Below, piece after piece: positions 7,638 to 10,028 of a DNA stretch of 10,028 nt (its first letter is position 1; each line of letters begins with the position of its first letter). The translations under genes and the position numbers were made by a program. Source of the stretch: Candidatus Margulisiibacteriota bacterium (lineage in GTDB: Bacteria; Margulisbacteria; WOR-1; O2-12-FULL-45-9). The notes under the pieces are model-generated. The model did not search any database. It had not been told where the DNA came from and saw nothing but the letters and a program-made list of their open reading frames with translations. The DNA lies in assembly GCA_043816785.1 (NCBI GenBank), contig JBDRHP010000023.1, positions 1 through 10,028 of the forward strand. The letters run 5' to 3'.

Positions 7638-7647
7638 ATTAAATTTA

Positions 7648-7809
7648 AATCCTCATCCCAAGTTTTAGATTAATCGTTTACTTTTTCTTTAATCGCCCTT
7701 CTCCATCGAAGATGGAGAAGGGTTAACTTTTTAAATATTTACCTTATTCCCCCTCTCCATTCCCAATGGAGAGGGGGGCGCGTCCTCACCGCTAGCGGGG
7801 GTGAGGATT
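7648..7809. repeat. Composite palindromic intergenic element (MITE/REP-doublet-like)
   Basis: Terminal inverted repeats AATCCTCATCCC (7648-7659) and GGGGTGAGGATT (7798-7809), 11/12 match. They enclose a 12-bp stem CCCTTCTCCATC-gaa-GATGGAGAAGGG (7696-7722), a related 13-bp stem CCCCCTCTCCATT-ccc-AATGGAGAGGGGG (7749-7777), and TCCTCACC...GGTGAGGA (7783-7807). Confidence 0.8.
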
Positions 7810-9034
7810 ACGCTTTCCTCAAAGCCTCGGTTGGCTCCATTTTGCTGGCCACCCGGGCCGGATAAATACTGGTCAGAGCAGAAATCACGATCCCGGCAAC
7901 AAAAGCGATCACGATCATATTAATGTTCCAGACACCGTGTGATACCCCGGTAACGCGGTAGCCAATATCACCCACATCCCTCATCAGGAAACCCCAGTTG
8001 AGCCCGTATTTAACAAAAGGAATGTTTATCAGGATGCCAAGCAAACACCCGGTAATGCTCCCCAGGACACCGATCATGGCTCCTTCCATTACAAACAGCC
8101 TAACGATCTGCCCGCGCCGCATGCCCATGGCTGCCATCATGCCGATCTCCCTGGTCCTTTCAAAAGCCGCCAGCAGAATAGTATTACTAATGCCGATCAA
8201 AGCGATCACGAAAATACTGAACAATATAAATGACGTGCCCCCGCGTTTGGCTTGGGAAATTGCGATCACATCCGCAGCCAAATCCTGCCAGGTGACGACC
8301 TCCAAGCCAGGAATGTCCTTGGCCAGCATATCCCGGAATTCCTGGGTCCTGGCCGGGTCCTTAAGTTTAATATCGATCTCGGTAACGTTCTTTCCCATGT
8401 CCAATGATTCCTGCCCCAACCCCAACGGGATCACCACCGCGGCATAGTCGATCTTGGGATCTTCGGTTTTGAGGATCCCCTTAATGCGCAGGTCTATGGC
8501 TTGATAAGTATCGTATTTGGTACGCGTCAAGACGGTCATATAATCCCCCACATCCACCCCAAAATCCTCTGCCAGCCCCTCACCCAGGAGCATAGCTTCT
8601 TCATTCCCCTTCAAGAACTCACCTTTAGCCACAGCTTGTTTTAATAGAAAAACAGACTGGTCGTCTTTTGGATTGACCGCGAACCCCACGGCCGGGTACT
8701 GGTCTATCCCGTCTGAGAGCATAATTCTAAAATTAATTCTGGAAGTAATCCCGGCAACCTCAGCATCCTTGGCAATTTTGGCCACAATTTTTGAAGGGTC
8801 TTCAATGGACTTATCCAGAGGTAAATTCTCCTCGTCTTCCCGATAGCCCCGGTCAAATATCTTGATGTGGCCGGTCTCGTAATTGATGATCCTGTCAAAT
8901 GATTCCTGGTCAATGCCGGTGAGCATCGAGTCTATAATAATGAGCAAGGCCAGGCCCAGGGCAATCGCCAGGAAGGTTAGAAAGGTCCTGGTAAAATGCC
9001 TGAATATATTCCTAAATGCTAATTTTAAAAGCAT
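7808..9034 (-). CDS. ABC transporter permease, FtsX/LolE/MacB-type
   Basis: LAFRNIFRHFTRTFLT, ISNTILLAAFERTREIGMMAAMG, YPARVASKMEPTEALR; same architecture as 6402-7637. Confidence 0.95.
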   Translation of the reverse strand: MLLKLAFRNIFRHFTRTFLTFLAIALGLALLIIIDSMLTGIDQESFDRIINYETGHIKIFDRGYREDEENLPLDKSIEDPSKIVAKIAKDAEVAGITSRINFRIMLSDGIDQYPAVGFAVNPKDDQSVFLLKQAVAKGEFLKGNEEAMLLGEGLAEDFGVDVGDYMTVLTRTKYDTYQAIDLRIKGILKTEDPKIDYAAVVIPLGLGQESLDMGKNVTEIDIKLKDPARTQEFRDMLAKDIPGLEVVTWQDLAADVIAISQAKRGGTSFILFSIFVIALIGISNTILLAAFERTREIGMMAAMGMRRGQIVRLFVMEGAMIGVLGSITGCLLGILINIPFVKYGLNWGFLMRDVGDIGYRVTGVSHGVWNINMIVIAFVAGIVISALTSIYPARVASKMEPTEALRKA

Positions 9035-9048
9035 GTTTATATTCCCAA

Positions 9049-9076
9049 GGAACCTGCGAATAAACTTCGCGGTTCC
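9049..9076 (+). repeat. 28-bp bulged palindrome, copy 4
   Basis: GGAACC-T-GCGAA-TAAAC-TTCGC-GGTTCC; two compensatory pair changes relative to copy 1; CAA/TTTT flanks as in copy 2. Confidence 0.93.
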
Positions 9077-9097
9077 TTTTGATTAATACAATCACAT

Positions 9098-9125
9098 GGA
9101 ACCGAGACGTTCAGTCTCAGGTTCC
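9098..9125 (-). repeat. 28-bp bulged palindrome, copy 5
   Basis: GGAACCGAGACGTTCAGTCTCAGGTTCC, the reverse complement of copy 1; flanked by AT on both sides (CAT...ATG). Confidence 0.95.
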
Positions 9126-9136
9126 ATGGATACTGC

Positions 9137-9823
9137 TTACTTCCTTTCGTCAGATTGCACTTTCCCATCGTGGACTTTTATCAAACGCCGCGCATACCCC
9201 ATTACCATGGGGTCGTGGGTGGAAAAGATAAAAGTTGTTTTGGTCTTTTGGTTCATTTCCAGCATTAATTTAAGGATGTCCTCGCCAGTCACGGAGTCAA
9301 GGTTGGCTGTTGGCTCATCCGCCAGCACGATCTGAGGGTTTTTAACTAAGGCCCGCGCAATAGCCACTCTCTGCTGCTGCCCGCCGCTCATTTCCATTGG
9401 TTTGCGGTTAGCCAGGTCAGCTATGCCAACCTCAGCTAAAATGTTCATAACCTTTTCCTTGCGCTGTTTAGGTTTATCTGCTTTCAACAGGATCAAAGGA
9501 AACTCAACATTCTCAAAAGCAGACAGGACCGGGATGAGGTTAAAGGTCTGGAAGACAAAGCCTAATTTTTGATTGCGCACGTCAGCCAGTTTGTTGGAGG
9601 AGAAGTTAGCCACGCTGCGGTCTTCAATGTAAACCTTTCCCTCAGTTGGTTTATCCAGGCAGCCAAACAAATTGAGCATGGTGGTTTTACCGGAACCTGA
9701 CGGCCCGGCCAGAGAAACAAATTCCCCTTCTTCGATTGAGACTGAAACTCCCCTTAAGGCCGGCACTTCGATCTTGCCAACCCGATAATTCTTGACTACA
9801 TTTTCCATTATTGTTATTGCCAT
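9137..9823 (-). CDS. ABC transporter ATP-binding protein, LolD/MacB-like
   Basis: Walker A GPSGSGKT, Q-loop GFVFQTFNL, signature MSGGQQQRVAIARAL, Walker B/D-loop VLADEPTANLD, H-loop STHD; RBS AAGGGGTG at 9838-9831. Confidence 0.97.
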   Translation of the reverse strand: MAITIMENVVKNYRVGKIEVPALRGVSVSIEEGEFVSLAGPSGSGKTTMLNLFGCLDKPTEGKVYIEDRSVANFSSNKLADVRNQKLGFVFQTFNLIPVLSAFENVEFPLILLKADKPKQRKEKVMNILAEVGIADLANRKPMEMSGGQQQRVAIARALVKNPQIVLADEPTANLDSVTGEDILKLMLEMNQKTKTTFIFSTHDPMVMGYARRLIKVHDGKVQSDERK

Positions 9824-9845
9824 AAGATTTCACCCCTTAGTGAAA

Positions 9846-9873
9846 ATTATAATACTATGGGAAATGATGTCAA
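9846..9873 (-). promoter_or_regulatory. Consensus sigma70 promoter of the ABC operon
   Basis: Minus strand TTGACA (9873-9868), 16-nt spacer, TATAAT (9851-9846), just upstream of the RBS and the ATG at 9823. Confidence 0.8.
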
Positions 9874-9887
9874 TCACCAAAATTTGC

Positions 9888-10028
9888 TGTAGGAGCCACG
9901 TGATAATGTCCGGATTGGGCAACGTGAAAATGTCCGGTTTTAAGCAGTAAAAAATCGGCATATTTTGGGATAAACCCCTAAAGGGGGGCCCAAAATGAGA
10001 AAGGACATTATCGCAATGAGCAAAAAGG
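9888..10028 (+). mobile_element. Probable left end of an insertion sequence (IS1202/ISNCY- or IS481-like), truncated by the window
   Basis: Begins with TGT (9888), followed by two 16-bp direct repeats ACGTGATAATGTCCGG (9898-9913) and ACGTGAAAATGTCCGG (9922-9937), 15/16 identical with 24-bp period, then an RBS and an ORF start. The family call is by recalled resemblance only. Confidence 0.65.
9995..10028 (+). CDS. N-terminus of a probable transposase (MRKDIIAMSKK...), 3'-truncated
   Basis: ATG at 9995 with AAGGGGGG RBS (9981-9988). M-x-x-D-I-I-x-M-S-x-K resembles N-termini of ISNCY/IS1202-type transposases, but only 11 codons are visible. Confidence 0.55.
   Translation, partial: MRKDIIAMSKK

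Noticed and set aside
738..9086. Short antisense or alternate-frame ORFs (738-965, 1250-1471, 2189-2656, 2277-2528, 3014-3196, 3320-3520, 4804-5004, 5242-5424, 6142-6405, 6897-7256, 6928-7122, 7196-7393, 7998-8447, 8704-8913, 8883-9086)
   Set aside because: All overlap well-supported genes and show no recognisable motifs; shadow ORFs.
5250..9125. 28-bp palindromic repeats as a CRISPR array
   Set aside because: Length is CRISPR-like, but copies are dispersed, adjacent ones are inverted rather than direct, spacers are 21 and 42 nt, and no cas genes are present.
9096..9335. 79-aa ORF starting MEPRRSVSGS, sharing a peptide with the GT2 and the 6142-6405 ORF
   Set aside because: The shared peptide is just the translated repeat; the ORF is antisense to the ABC ATPase.
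9692..9700. GGAACCTGA as a sixth repeat copy
   Set aside because: Only the first 8 nt (GGAACCTG) match, there is no second arm, and it is explained by the Walker A codons (SGSG).
6402..9823. Naming the ABC genes lolC/lolE/lolD or macB
   Set aside because: The family is clear but orthology to the canonical systems cannot be established from the sequence alone.

Overview
Bacterial genomic window of moderate GC with AT-rich intergenic regions; outer-membrane genes imply a diderm host. Left to right: (i) the 3' part of a class A beta-lactamase-like serine hydrolase (+), converging on a minus-strand hppA-acyP pair (membrane pyrophosphatase and acylphosphatase); (ii) a stand-alone JAB/MPN+ metalloprotease (+) divergent from hppA; (iii) a six-gene minus-strand operon (ABC ATPase, two FtsX/LolE-type permeases, LolA-like sorting protein, GT2 glycosyltransferase, outer-membrane beta-barrel) behind a consensus TTGACA-16-TATAAT promoter; (iv) the probable left end and first codons of an IS (IS1202/ISNCY-like). 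The most unusual signal is a 28-bp bulged palindrome present in five copies. Every stem substitution among the copies is compensatory, four copies form two inverted doublets, and two copies are translated in frame within proteins. One appears to be a clean 30-nt insertion in the GT2 gene. At least three other unrelated small repeat or hairpin elements occupy gene junctions. No CRISPR array, tRNA or rRNA was seen.
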